A stretch of DNA of 64,000 nt from NCBI GenBank assembly GCA_050613775.1, contig JBODTK010000014.1, forward strand, positions 992,001-1,056,000, given 5' to 3'. This document shows positions 25,001 through 37,718 of this stretch, one piece after another. This stretch comes from Neocallimastix sp. 'constans'. Its lineage: Eukaryota. Both the position numbers and the translations under genes were made by a program. A model generated the notes under the pieces. That model made no database searches and was not told where the DNA came from. It worked only from the letters and a program-made list of their open reading frames with translations. The number at the start of each line of letters is the position of its first letter. The stretch's first letter is position 1.

Positions 25001-27343
25001 AATCATTCTGATGAAAATTTTTCTGATAATAAAAATTTTTCAAAAAATGAAGAAAATTCAATAAACAAAAACAAAAATTTTAATGAAACCTTATCGAATA
25101 ATAATTCTAATCAAGAGAAAAATTTTTCTGAAAATTCAAATATAAATAAGGTTAAAAATTCTAAAACTCAAAATAATAATAAAATTACTGATGAAGAAAA
25201 ATTTTTTGATTTTAACGACAAAACCTTATTTAATAAGAAATCCAATAATCAAGGAAAAGTTAATGAACAAACCAATATGTCTTCAAATAAATCTAATATA
25301 ATTAAAGAAAATTTTAATAAAAATTTTTCTGAAACAAATATTAAAAATAATATATCTACCAGTACTACTGATAATATATCTAAATCCAAAAATTTTTCAA
25401 ACCCAAATTATTATAATTTTCCTTCTTCTTCTCAAGAAAATACTATGTTTAATAGAAATAATATTATCTCTTCTTACATCGACAAAAAGTTCCCTTTTAA
25501 TGGCAGAAGAAGTGTTAAAGAACTACATATAGATAACCAAAATTCTTTTAATACAAATTCATTCAATAGAATTAATTTACCTCATCATAGGAGCAATTTT
25601 CATTTCAAAAATAATAAAAATTTTGAAAATGGAAATATTGATTATTTATTTTCAAATAATCATTTTAAAATTAAGAAAAATAATTATTTACATATTAAAA
25701 AACAGTTTAATTTTAAAAAACACGGAAGGTCACTTTCGGACGATTTAACACCTTCCCAATCACAAAAATTTCGTAGATCAAACTTTAATTCAAAAATTAT
25801 TGCTACTTTGGATAATTTTGTACCCCAATCATTTTTCCAAGCCACAAATTGTAAAGACCACGCTCTATGGGAAAAAGCTATGGATAACGAACTGGATAAT
25901 TTTTATACTAATAAAATTATGACTTTTGTGAACAATATTCCAGATGGTAAGAAACCCATTCCTTCCAAATGGGTCTACGCTCTTAAGACTGATGGTCTTG
26001 GCCATATTATTAAACATAAAGCTCGTTTTGTCGCTAAAGGTTTCTCTCAAAAATATGGCATTGATTATGAGTTGACTTTCTCTCCTACCCTTAATATCGA
26101 TTGTTTAAAACTTCTTATCTCCTTAGCTGCTAAATTTAAATGGGACATTCTCCAATTAGATATCAAAGCTGCGTATCTCAACGCGGATTTAGACAAAGAT
26201 ATCTATGTCAAAATTCCCCCTGGAGATCCTAACTTTGGGAGGGGATATTGGAAATTGAACAAAGCATTATACGGTTTAAAACAATCTGGCCGACAATGGT
26301 ATAATACCATCTCTAAATTTTTAATTGAACAAGGAATGGAGCAACTAAAATCTGAAAGTTGCGTTTTTAAGAAAATCGTAAATGGAAAATTAGTCTGTAT
26401 AATTGGCTTATACGTAGACGATATGATTGTTACTGGAGAAAAGGAAGAAATTAACAAAATCTTCAATAAAATTAAAAACAAATTCAAGATCTCAAAATCT
26501 GGTCCAATAGACTACTTATTGGGAATTAAAGTTGAAAATAGAAATAACACTTATACATTATCTCAAACACAATTTATAGAAAATATTTTAAAAACATTTA
26601 ATATCAATAACAAAAGACTAAGAAAAACACCATGTGTTGGTGATAATACAATATCAGAAAATAACCAACCATTCAACAAAACAAAATATAAAAGTGCAAT
26701 TGGTATGTTAATTTATTTATCAAAATGTACCAGACCCGACATTGCATTTTCAGTCAACAAAGCTGCCAGAAATTCAGAAAATCCAACAGTATCTGACTGG
26801 CACAAAGTTATTGCAATATTACAATATTTAAAAAATACCAAAAATTACAAAATTAAATATGATGGCACTGGTAACATTGTAGGTTACACAGATTCAGACT
26901 TCGCTGGTGACGTTACTGACAGAAAATCAACATCAGGTAATATTATCTTAATGGGAAATAATCCAATATCCTGGACCTCGAAAAAACAGTCAGTTGTCGC
27001 CACATCAACAGCAGAAGCTGAATACATAAGTGCGTCAGTATGTATCAAGAAATTATTAAGAATTAAAAATATATTATACGAATTACTCAAATTTAATAAA
27101 CCACTAACATTATTCACAGACAATAATGCAAGTAAAATTTCAATGGAAAATGGAGAATTAAATCCAAAATTAAAACATATTTCAATTAAATATCACTTTA
27201 ATAGAGACAATATTGAGAAAAATTTAATTAAATTAAAATATATCAGTACTGATAAAATGCTAGCTGACACATTAACAAAATGTGTAAATGGTACTAAAAT
27301 GACAACCTTTGCAAATCAAATTTTCATTACAAATGAAAACTGA
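22046..27343 (+). CDS. Copia Gag-Pol polyprotein, 1765 aa
   Basis: CEICERRGHSTKEC knuckle, WLYDSGA protease, WHRRLGH/CDDC and DDE integrase, YVDD RT, YTDSDFAGD RNase H. Confidence 0.97.
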   Translation: MSDFIPFKKEAILNGKNFNIWYDNLTDILEKDDLAEYLTKDILEEAKRDNTKKEEEIKEIKKTNTKVRYIIKNTINSKIHEDIIGMNTPYAIINYLREEYKLSENDMTQWISKLKNVKAEKETEIPSAIKEIFKLFNGMNSSGNIISEKEKVKYLLRALPKSYKMKLTLNGNETAEELKTTIVKDINTWLYVDEQTDKDQRPYDPMDIDYAGKLGYKNRKNLKNKNNNKNFSKKKKKGNPSKQNNKEKFNNNKYNNNNKYCEICERRGHSTKECRYNPRNPNGLYNKYYIQNEQKLNNYHTHNNWHNGRPIRYINLNDEYNENISYDDIKPMFYKYYDPKGKGKYENNDDDDSDEYQESEKSNCFINYDKEDVKNEVLIKNNIITRVENKLNLAKEIFINNINKKEINTNNTNEIFNINYNKKETSEWLYDSGAGEHITNDLSLLKNFKKEKIKLRCANNTYCYFEGHGEFEFTINNYHFKFNKVLYSKEVAKNIISGIEWAKQDVKTLTEKDKHNNIILRILDNNYNIIATFQANDNNEVKIVVTHFNIENERNSKNNIMAIQNFRNAEELIWHRRLGHFYQEDLKNFLNHHEINLDKCDDCRIAKMKRNPHNKIPPRAKEILEVIHSDIIGPINTSYTGKRFILTILDEASRKSWVFIMKSKSEATDIIINTLRMLNNKYKDHKIKVFKSDNAKEYKNKKIDSFCNENGIEKVFSPPYNPENNGLCERFNLTIVSCAKTLLYWSGLSENFWDFAILYANYIYNKVPHSGIHNKIPDEIFYKNKVKINHIKVFGCITFYIDRSQNKSKFSPNSKKGIFLGFSEKTNSYIIMDFNDNSIHYCREIYCLEDTPANVKLANNKSNQYGDQEFLTFDFYFSKNLPDSSGGENHKAGNHSSKPSENKFNNNNKENSKNTKENYSSLPITNNDDLQENLNKDNSPKRDKGKSPETEDSNDTNINNNIGKDKEIKIAEEETQNYKNQENFKNHSDENFSDNKNFSKNEENSINKNKNFNETLSNNNSNQEKNFSENSNINKVKNSKTQNNNKITDEEKFFDFNDKTLFNKKSNNQGKVNEQTNMSSNKSNIIKENFNKNFSETNIKNNISTSTTDNISKSKNFSNPNYYNFPSSSQENTMFNRNNIISSYIDKKFPFNGRRSVKELHIDNQNSFNTNSFNRINLPHHRSNFHFKNNKNFENGNIDYLFSNNHFKIKKNNYLHIKKQFNFKKHGRSLSDDLTPSQSQKFRRSNFNSKIIATLDNFVPQSFFQATNCKDHALWEKAMDNELDNFYTNKIMTFVNNIPDGKKPIPSKWVYALKTDGLGHIIKHKARFVAKGFSQKYGIDYELTFSPTLNIDCLKLLISLAAKFKWDILQLDIKAAYLNADLDKDIYVKIPPGDPNFGRGYWKLNKALYGLKQSGRQWYNTISKFLIEQGMEQLKSESCVFKKIVNGKLVCIIGLYVDDMIVTGEKEEINKIFNKIKNKFKISKSGPIDYLLGIKVENRNNTYTLSQTQFIENILKTFNINNKRLRKTPCVGDNTISENNQPFNKTKYKSAIGMLIYLSKCTRPDIAFSVNKAARNSENPTVSDWHKVIAILQYLKNTKNYKIKYDGTGNIVGYTDSDFAGDVTDRKSTSGNIILMGNNPISWTSKKQSVVATSTAEAEYISASVCIKKLLRIKNILYELLKFNKPLTLFTDNNASKISMENGELNPKLKHISIKYHFNRDNIEKNLIKLKYISTDKMLADTLTKCVNGTKMTTFANQIFITNEN

Positions 27344-27689
27344 TTTGAGGGGGAGTGTTAAAGTATTAAATAATATAAATAAATAAACTTAATAATTTAG
27401 GTTTATAATTAAATAATAGAAAATATAAATCATAAATATTTATGTAAAAAACTAAACCTAAAATGTAAATTAACATTATTTATGTTAATACATAGTTAAA
27501 TGTAAATCATTAGATTTATCATGCGCATGTAAATAGTTTCTTTATTCTTGTTTATTCACGTGAAATAGTTATATAGTTTATATAAAAATAATTGTTTATT
27601 TTATAGACGAAAATTCGCGACTTTCGTCAATATAATATTTTATAATAAATAAATAAATGTATAAATTATTAATAACTAAATAAATTACT

Positions 27690-30321
27690 TTAATAATAAT
27701 TATCATTATCAATAATATTATTGTTAATATTATTATTATTATCACTAATAATATTATTATTATTATGAAAACCAATATCATCGTCAATATCACTTCCCCC
27801 GTTTTCATAATAAGGAGTAAGATTAATAAAGTCCGGAGAAGAAGAAAGGGCATCACAATTACCGGATGAGTCTTCAAAAAATACAACGGCACGAGAGATA
27901 ACTACTTTATTATTAGTAATATCATAAATACGAAAAGCCGAGGGGTTATTATCATATCCAAGAAATATTTCTGGTAAAGCCGAGTTGGTTAATTTGTTAC
28001 GTAGTTGTTTGGGTACATAAAAAAAAACTTGACATCCAAATACTCTAAATTTCTCGAAGTCCACTTTTTCATCATAAAGAAGTTCATAAGGAACATTGTA
28101 ATTGATACCTTTATGTGGGATTCTATTATATATAAAATTAGCAGTAGCAACTGCATCTTCCCAAAATACGTGATTAAGGTGTGCATCCTCCAACATAGCT
28201 CTAGCATTAGGAATAAGAGAACCGTGAAGGCGTTCAATCCTTCCATTTTATTGAGGAGAATAAGGAACAGTGTATTCATGAATGATACCGTTTAAGTTAC
28301 AGAAATTATCAAAGTTGTTATTGGAAAACTCCGTTCCATTATCTGTTCTAAGATGTTTGACACTTTTATTAAAAATATTCTTCACCTTTAAAAACCAATT
28401 ATGAAAAGCGTTAAATACGTCACCTTTGGATTTTAAGAAGATGACCCAACCGAACCTTGAATAATCATCTAAGATAGATAAGATATATTTATTTCCGTAT
28501 AAAGAGTAGTCGCTAATAGTAACTGTGTCCATATGGATTAATTCAAAAGGCTCACTTGCTCTTTTAATATTTGAATAAAAAGGGAAATTTCTTAACTTAG
28601 ATTTTGCACATATCTTGCATTTATATTTATTATTTATTTTTGGGAGTGTGTCTTTTAAGCCTTCAATATTAAAGTGACCCAATCTTCTATGCCACATATC
28701 AAGAGAGTCTATAACATTAGATGATGAGGAATAGGAGTATGCCTTACTATTATTAAATGTTATTTTATTTTTAGAAGTCCACATCACATATGTATTTGAA
28801 TTATTAGCGCATGCGCAACATACTCTGTTACTGTTTTTGTTGTATATATGACACCACTTTTTATTTTTAATTTTTTGAAAAATTGTTTTATAATGTTGAT
28901 CACTGAGACCATCAATAGAGATAAGGTTCTTCTTGAACTCAGGAACATATAAAACATTTTTTAATGTAATTTTGTTATCATTGACATATCCCTTATAAGT
29001 ACTAATGAATTTTGACTTCACGAAATCACCATTAGCAAAAAAGATTTTTTTATTATATTTTTTCTTGTCTAAAAGACAATTTAAGTCTCCTGTCATATGA
29101 TAAGTAGTACCTGAATCCAATGTCCAGGATTTCAATTCATTATTTAGTTTTTCTTTATCATTTTATTCGTCGGTTATATAATAATTTAAGTCATTATAAG
29201 GTAGGAGTGAATTTGTATTGTGGTTTGACTCAATACTATATGAGTCATTATAGTTTTCGAAGAAATATTCTTCGTGTTTATCCTTATAATTCATTTGTTC
29301 TTGTGGGTTATTATTGTTTGTTGAAATATTATTTGAAATAATTTTTTTATTTTCTGTAATGCCTCCCCTTATTATTTTTGTAAAATTTTTGGTTATTGTT
29401 ATTATTACTTCTTTTTCTGGAAGGACATTCATCAGAAAAATGTCCTAAACCTCCACAATTCCAACATTTAACATTATCCTTATTTGAATTTCTTTGCTTA
29501 TTAAAATTATATTTATATTTGTTATTATTTCTTGGTTGAAAATTTTTATTATTATTATTATAGTTATATTTTTTATTATTGGATCTATTATATTTATTAT
29601 TATTATTATAATTTGCTTCACTTTTTATTTCTGTACTTAAAACAGTAGATTCATTTGATTCTACTTGAATATTCTTTTCTTTTAAATAATTCAAATGTCG
29701 ATTAACTTCTATTATGAATTTGGTTACCTCTTCCCACGCTCCCTGATGATTTATTAAATTTGATTTGATTACTAAGTCTTCAGGTAGAGAATTATATAAA
29801 TAATCAAATTTTTCTTTCTGATTTAATTCATTATTTAAATCTCCAAGTTCATTAAACTTCATACTCATATTGGAGATAAAAACTGATAAAGGCATTTCAT
29901 TAGGAATAAATTTTGTTTTACTAAGAGAGCTCTTTATCTCTTCTATACGATTACTTTCATCACTTATATTTATGCCTTTGATTATATTATATATTTCAAA
30001 AGCAGAAGAAGATACAAAGTCCAGGTTACTAGCTAATTCCCTTTTTATACTATTAAAAATAATTTTTTTGGCCCTGGCATCACATTTTAACATAGGCTTA
30101 GTTACAGATTTATCATAGAATTTTCTTGTTGTTCCTGGAACTGATTTATAATTCTTTCATTCTTCTTCAGGTATTTCATCTTCGGAAATTTTTTTAATGC
30201 TTTCCTTTAAGATATAATTTCCCAAATCTCTTTCTTGTAGTAAAAGAAACAAATCTTGTTTCCATGATTTAAAATTGGAATTATCCAAGATTTCCAAGGT
30301 AGCATTTTCCTTGTTTGTCAT
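27690..30321 (-). pseudogene. Copia-1 gag-protease-integrase with stops and frameshifts
   Basis: CWNCGGLGHFSDEC, WTLDSGT, WHRRLGH, LRTDNGTEF, VPYSPQ, FWEDAV across several ORF pieces. Confidence 0.93.
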
Positions 30322-31082
30322 TTTATTCACACTTATTAAAAATACACTAAACACAATAAATTATTAACACTCACTTATTGAGTCAATGAGACTCTTAATC
30401 TGTTATAAATCACACTTTTTATTTATTAAATTTTTGTTCAAGAAAATTTCCTACATAGTATTATTTACATTTAAAATTTATATTCCTATCTATAATAATT
30501 TTACATTGATTCATATGATATATATCATTAAATGATATACGCCACAGTATACATAAATTTATTCTTTATAACTATATTTATTTATTTACACTAAAATTTA
30601 TTTTATACTTATTTTATATTTATTTATTTTTTATTAATTATTTATTAATTATTTATTAATTATATTAAACTTATTTCTGACATTATTTTATAATATATTA
30701 AATTATATATTTATTTTATAATTATATATTATTATATTAAAATATAATAATATTCTTATATTTAACTTTAATAGGATTTTTATTATATTATATAATATAT
30801 TATTATGTATTATTTTATATTTATTTTATATTTTATATATAATATACATTTATTATTTAAATATACATATTGTATTCTTATATATATATAATTTATATTA
30901 TATGTTTAAAATATATTTCATATTATTAAATTTTATAATTTTAAAATGTAATTTCTTAATAATAACCAATTTCTAATAAAATTAATTTAGAAAGGGGTTT
31001 TTAGTTTTTAGGAAAAGTAATAATAAATTAAATAAAGATATAACTATATTATTATAATTAAAATATAGCACATAAAAGTCCC

Positions 31083-31779
31083 TGATATAAAACAAATATG
31101 TGTAGCAACATATTTGTATATTTAATAATAATTATTAAATATTAAATTTATATCTCTTTTGTCAATAATAATATTTGAAATAATTTCTTATTCATATATT
31201 ATTCAATATTTATATATATATTATTCATTATAATATAAAATATATTAAATATATTAAATTAAATAGTTAATTTCTTCTAAATATATATAATAAGAATATT
31301 ATTATATATATAACTTAACTATTCATATTTATTTTAAAGTTTATATTAAAAATACATAATACTTCTATATATTATAATATATAATATAATGAAATAATTT
31401 TAGTTATTTTAATTATAATTAAATATATATAGTTGATATTATTTATTATATTCATATTTATTATATAATTATATTCTTATATATTTAACTTTATTATTCT
31501 TATTTTCATTTTAAGAATTATATAGTTATATTTATTATATTTATTATTTTAATATATATTTATTATATATTATACTATACTCCGATATAATATATTTTAA
31601 ATGTATATTTATTATTATTAATATTTATTAAATTATTATAAAGATTTCTAATAACTACTCTTCTTTATTGTAATTTAGAGAAGACCCTTGGTTAAATGGG
31701 TTTTTAAATTAAAATATATGGTTAATTAAATATAACGATACTATTAAAAATTAGTAGTACATAAAAGTCCCGCATATCA
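31083..31779 (+). mobile_element. Solo LTR family D, inner copy
   Basis: TGATATAAAAC...CCCGCATATCA; TSD TCCC; 3' half matches the Gypsy 5' LTR at ~59393-59788. Confidence 0.88.
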
Positions 31780-33197
31780 TCCCGTATATCACATTTGACG
31801 TCACGTGTATTTTATTTATATTATGTTTTTATATATGTTTACAACATATCTATATTAATTTCAATTATTCAAATTAATTATATAATTAAATTTATCTTTA
31901 TATTTTTATTAATATTTATATTATTATATCATTAATATCTTATAATTAAATACTATTCTGTAATTTACAAAGTATAAAAGAAAGATGTAAAAATCTATCT
32001 TTTATGTTCTTTGTAAGGTTATTTTAAAATTTCCTTAATAGTAATATATTATAGATATTTTATTATTAAATAAAATAAATAAATTTAAAATCAAATTAAT
32101 TTAATAATTCTAATTATCAAAGTTTATTATAAATAAATTTTTATTAAACTAAACCGTTTAAATATTTATTATTATTATTATATATCTATATAGTATATTA
32201 GTATATATACATATCGACTTAGTGAATATTTTTTAATAAAAAATATTATTTTGTTTAAATTTAAACTATAAATTATATCAAAATCTTAACATTAATAATA
32301 ATAAAATAAAAACTATTATTAAATTTTATTATTAAAATCTTTTATTAATATCAAATATAATAAAAATTATTACTAAATATTCTTAATTTTTTTTATTAAT
32401 ATCAAATATAATAAAAATTATTATTAAATATTCTTATTAAATATTCTTTTATTAATATCAAATCTAATAAAATTATTATTAAATATTCTAATAAAAATCT
32501 TTTATTAATATTAAATATAATAAAAATTATTACTAAATATTCTTATTAAAAATTATATAATATTTAAATCATTACTAATTCTTATTTTTATATTAAGAAT
32601 AATAAAAACCTATTTCAATAAATATTTGATATAAAATACAGAATTATAAGTTTCTGTATAATATTTTCTAAACCTTTGAAATAAACTAAAAATAAAACAA
32701 AAATCAAAAATAAATTAAATCTATATTAAAATAAAAATGAACTAAAATACAGAAGAATTTCAATAATAAAAATGATCTAAAATACAGAAAATATCAATTC
32801 TGTATAATTCTCTCTCTGAAAACAATATCAAGAAGAAGCTACCGCCAGGAATGCCCTTCGTGATACAATCTCTAAATTAATTTTTATATTTTAATTTAAT
32901 AAATGTTATTTTTTATTAAAATAATTTAAAATAATAGTTAAAAATTAAAATAAAATAATAGTTTTTTTTATAAAGAATATATTAATGAATAATAAAATGT
33001 ATTAAAATAAAAGTATAAAAAGAAGAATAAATTTCTTTCTTTTTAATACTTGGAACAAATAATTTTAATTTTAAATTTAAATAAAGAATATTTTAAAATT
33101 TAATTTTTTTCTTGTTTCCAAATTCATTTTTTGTGTGTTAATATTTATTTTTTTTGTTTTGAATATCTTAGTGTTTCAACCCCAACCCGTATCAGTT

Positions 33198-34011
33198 TGT
33201 AACAATTTTATTATAATTTCTTATAACAAAATTGTTATCTTCAATTTATTAATAATAATATTAATAAATTGAGAATTTTACCTTAAAAGTCGAGTTTATT
33301 ATAAGAGTTGAGGAGAACACGTTATTATAAAAGATATATATATATAAATTTTTTTTTTTTTTAAAAAAAGATTTTTAAATTTTATTATGTAATAATTATT
33401 TTATTGAGTTTTTTATTATTATATTTTTCTTATAATAATACCTCTTGATTTCTCAAAGAAAACTCAAGAGCCTTATTTATATTTTTTTATGAAAATAAGG
33501 TTAAATAAGAAAGGGTTTTCTAATCTTAACAAATCTTTTATCTAGGAAAAGATTAGATAGAAAAACATAGATAAGTTTTCGATTGATATTCTATCCATAT
33601 CGATCATCGCATTAATTAAGTAAAACCGATTACTCTTAAAAAGTAATTGGGAAAAATCTTAATTAACCGATTTTCCAATCTAATCTAATGATCGAAAATT
33701 AAAGAATAAAATAATAAAAGATATTTCGATCATATAATTTATCCTTATAAAAAAAATAAAATTAAATAGTTAATAAAATACAGAATACAATATAAAATAC
33801 AGAATACATTAGTTACAATAGAGAAATTAATATATTGTAAATATATTATTATAAATTAATTAAATAAATTTTGTTAAATTAATGAATATTTAAAATTAAA
33901 TTAGATAAATTTAATGAATAAATATTATATATAATTAAATAAAGTTATAGTTATAATAACATAACTAAGAAAATATAATTATTTGTTAGCAAATAATTAT
34001 AGATTCTTACA
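33198..34011 (-). mobile_element. Solo LTR family F
   Basis: TGTAA...TTACA; core ~33435-33675. Confidence 0.8.
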
Positions 34012-34015
34012 TTGT

Positions 34016-34989
34016 TGGTAAAGAATGAATTAAAAACCTTTATTTTATTATAAAATATTATTAATAATTCTTTACTAAATTGTACTTTCCTATATTCTTG
34101 ATAACCTAAACCTAATTATAAAAATTAATTTATTTTGATATAAATTAATTTTAACTTTAAATAATTTTAAATCAATTTTAATTAATTACTTTATTGTTAT
34201 ATTATTAAATATATGCGTATATTAAAATACTATTGTAAATATTAAAATTATACTTTTAAGATACTATAAATTATTAAAATTATTAATTAAATATTATTAT
34301 AAAATTTATTATAAACTATTAATATTATAAATTATTAAAATTATTAAATATTATTATAAAAATTTATTTATTATAACTATTAAATATTATTATAAAATTT
34401 TTAAAATTATTAATTAAATTTATTATTAAAAAGTATTATTAATTATTATAAAAATTATTATTTAAATATTAACAAATTTATTATTAAAATTATTAATTAA
34501 ATATTATAAAAATTTTATTTTATTTTTGAAAATAATTACAAGTATTATTTAAAATAATTAAAGATTGTTAAATTTATTATATTAATCTTTAAAAACATTT
34601 TATTTAACTTAAAAATATCAAAGAAAATAGTAAAAACTATTTTCTATATATTTATTTTATAATTATTTTTAATTAAATTATATTTAAACATTATACTATT
34701 ATATTTATATAAATTAAAACAAAATGAATTATTGATATAAAATTAATTCAATAATTCTATAAAACTATTTAAATTATAAACAATTAATTATGGTTAAATT
34801 TACAAAAAAAATATAAATATCACAAAAAATTTTCAAAATAAAAATATGTACAAAAAAAGAAAAATATTAGTTATTAATAAATAATAAGTAATTTTATTAA
34901 AAAAAGAATTTTATTAAATCTATTAAATCAAAGCAAGGTAACACCCATCCCCCCTGCTTGATTTAATTAATCCAACCCCGAGTCTACCA
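34016..34989 (+). mobile_element. Solo LTR family K
   Basis: Matches 14636-15757; TSD TTGT. Confidence 0.9.
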
Positions 34990-34993
34990 TTGT

Positions 34994-35932
34994 TGATAAA
35001 TAATGAAATTATAAAATTAAAAAAATAATAAATAATAAATTCTTATTTAACTTAACCCAAAATTAATTCTTTTAGAAGTATCGAAATCAAATTAAGAAAA
35101 TTAAAAGAAATAAATGACAATAAAAATAATAATAATTTAATTAATCATTAACAATTTTAATTAAAACTAAAATAAATTAATAATTAATATTCTTATAAAA
35201 TTATAAATAAACAAAATAATAAACAATTTTGATAAATTGTAAATAATAAATAAACAAATTTATAAACATTTCAAAATTAAAATTAAATAGTTGAATAATC
35301 TTTAAATTACCTTTTATTTAAAATAATTTAATATTTTATTTATTTTATAACTCAACTTTTATAAACAAATTATAATTAAAACTTGTTTATTTTAATACTT
35401 TATTTGCAAATATTTATATCAATTATTTATTTTATTTATTTTATTGTATATAAATGTAAATAGTTTAAAATTATTGAAAAATATAAAAACAGGAAAATAT
35501 TTCTTTTAAATTATTCTTTATTATTAATAATTTCAATAACTTATTTTATATATTTTATTAGTTTATTAATAATCAAATTATGATTATTAATAATATCAAT
35601 AAATTATTTTATATATTTTATTAGTTTATTAGTTATTAATAATCAAAATTTTTATTATTAAAATTTAAATAAATTATTATAAATAATAAATATTTTATTT
35701 TATTATTTTATTAGTTTTAATAATTATTTTTCTTTTATTAATTTAAATAAAAATTAATAATTAAATAAATAAAAATTAATATCAAAATAAAACAATTTTT
35801 TTTAATAAAACAATTTTGTGTTCTAATAAACCATATTTATATTAAATTTATTAAAATTTTCTTAGTATTTATACGCTTATTCACTTCTACAAAATCTAAT
35901 TTTTGTAGATTAAGAATATCCGGTATATATCA
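34994..35932 (+). mobile_element. Solo LTR family H
   Basis: Matches 17258-18185. Confidence 0.88.
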
Positions 35933-35938
35933 TGCTTG

Positions 35939-36914
35939 TGTAATAATTCTATTAAGAACTAACTCAAAACAGAATTATTAACTACAACTTAAGGAGTAAT
36001 TCATTAAGTTGAGAAAATAGAAAATAAAATAAAATAAATCTTTTACCTATAGAGTTTATTATAAATTAATTATAATAATAACACGAAAAACAAAAGAAGA
36101 ATTATTTGTATAAATTTGATTTTAAAAATATGTTTTTGAATAGAATATTTTATTAATTTATTAAAGTTAAAAAAATAAAATTGTTATTATTATAACTATG
36201 TTTTTTATAATAATAACTCTTGATTTCTTAAAGGGAAATCAAGAGCCTTATTTATATTTTTTTTTTTGGAAATAAGGTTAAATAAAAAAAAGATTTTCTA
36301 ATCTTAAAAAATATCTTATCTAGAAAAAGATTAGAAGAAAAAACTAGATAAGTTTTGATCGATATTCTATTAATATCGATCATCGTATATATTAAGTAAA
36401 ACCAAATATATTATTTTATATTTGGATAAAACCTTACAATATCGATTTTCTAAATTTTAATTTAGATCATCAAATAAAAGGAAAAATAAATACGGAATGA
36501 TCTAAAGTAATCTATTTTTTTTTCTAAATATCATTTTTAAAATCTAATCTAAACTTATTAACCTAAAACTATCCTTAAACTAAAATGTAGAATTATAAAG
36601 AATACAGAAACTTTTTAATTGTTCTTTTAAATGTACAATATAAAAAATAAATAAAACTAATGTTTACATTAACTTGATAATTAAATGAATAACTAAATAA
36701 AATTAATAATATTAATAAGTGTACATATAATAATTATTTATATAAATTTTCTAATATTATTTAAGTGTATGAATAATTATAATTATAATAATTTGATAAT
36801 AGTATCTCAATGTATGAATTAGTTATAATTTAAATAAATTTATAATTATTATTAATAATTATAAAGACTAAGAAATATTAATTATTTATTAATAAATTAT
36901 TATTATTTCTTACA
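35939..36914 (-). mobile_element. Solo LTR family F
   Basis: Reverse complement of 5872-6838; core ~36210-36450. Confidence 0.87.
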
Positions 36915-37718
36915 GTTAGGTACGGTGCCGAATTAAAAATATAAATTTTAATATAAATAGTAAAGTTTAATGGGAAATAATTATAAAATAATTATAAAAT
37001 AATTATATATAAATAATAATAATTAAATTTAAAATAATATAAAAAAAATATTAGTAAAGATAGTAAAAATAATATATAAATTGAACCAATAGGATTCAAT
37101 AAAAATAAATATATAAATATAAAAGAAAAATGATTTTTTTTAGACAGACGTAGTTTTAATTAGATTAGAATTAGGAATTTATAAATCTAAGTTAGGAATA
37201 CTTAGAAAATAATTATTTTAGTTAAATTTAAAATAAATACTTATTAAAGTTAAGGTTTAATTATTCAAAGAAATAGATTAAAATAACTAAGTATTTAAAA
37301 ATAATTAAAGTAAAAAAAATATATATATATATTTTTATAAAACAAAACGACAAATATTCTTTTATCTTTTTCTTATTATTTTTTTATTTAATCATTTAGT
37401 GTGATAATTATTATAATTCTTTTATTAGAATATACAATTTTATAATAAAACTTGCATTCACGAACCACCCGATACAATATAAAATTTATTCGTATCAAAT
37501 TTGGCTCCCAACGTGCGGGAGAATAAATGAAAACAAGATAAAATTATATGAAAATAATAACGGAGCATAATAATTATTAATTTTTTATTTATTATTATTA
37601 TTTTAGTTTGTAATTGATTTAGCATTATATTATATTATATTTTAATTATTATTATTATTATTTTGAATCCATATACATTTTTATATAAAAATATATTATT
37701 ATTAATTAAATTTTCAAA

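Larger units (their letters stand above)
21519..27695 (+). mobile_element. Intact Ty1/Copia retrotransposon (Copia-2)
   Basis: 340-bp LTRs 21519-21858 and 27356-27695 that read identical; TSD ATAAT; PBS 21859-21873; PPT GAGGGGGAG ending 27355. Confidence 0.97.
18626..30682 (-). mobile_element. Ty1/Copia retrotransposon (Copia-1), decayed, interrupted by Copia-2
   Basis: LTRs 18626-18912 and 30401-30682; TSD TTATT; PPT ~18913-18920; PBS 30386-30400; order gag-PR-IN-RT-RH. Confidence 0.95.
18495..31791 (+). mobile_element. Solo LTR family D, outer copy (18495-18625, 30683-31082, 31780-31791)
   Basis: TGATCTAAAAC...GTCCC|GTATATCA; 4-bp TSD CATT. Confidence 0.8.
18241..32291. mobile_element. 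Family B element, inverted relative to 2800-3510 (B sequence at 18241-18494 and 31792-32291)
   Basis: TGTTGAAA...TCTTAACA; TSD TTAAT. Confidence 0.85.
18190..33194 (+). mobile_element. Solo LTR family A, host of a nested stack (A sequence only at 18190-18240 and 32292-33194)
   Basis: The halves join into a normal A LTR; outer flanks TGTG/GTTT do not match. Confidence 0.8.

Noticed and set aside
23821..27123. Antisense and alternate-frame ORFs overlapping pol genes
   Set aside because: Shadows of the long gag-pol frames
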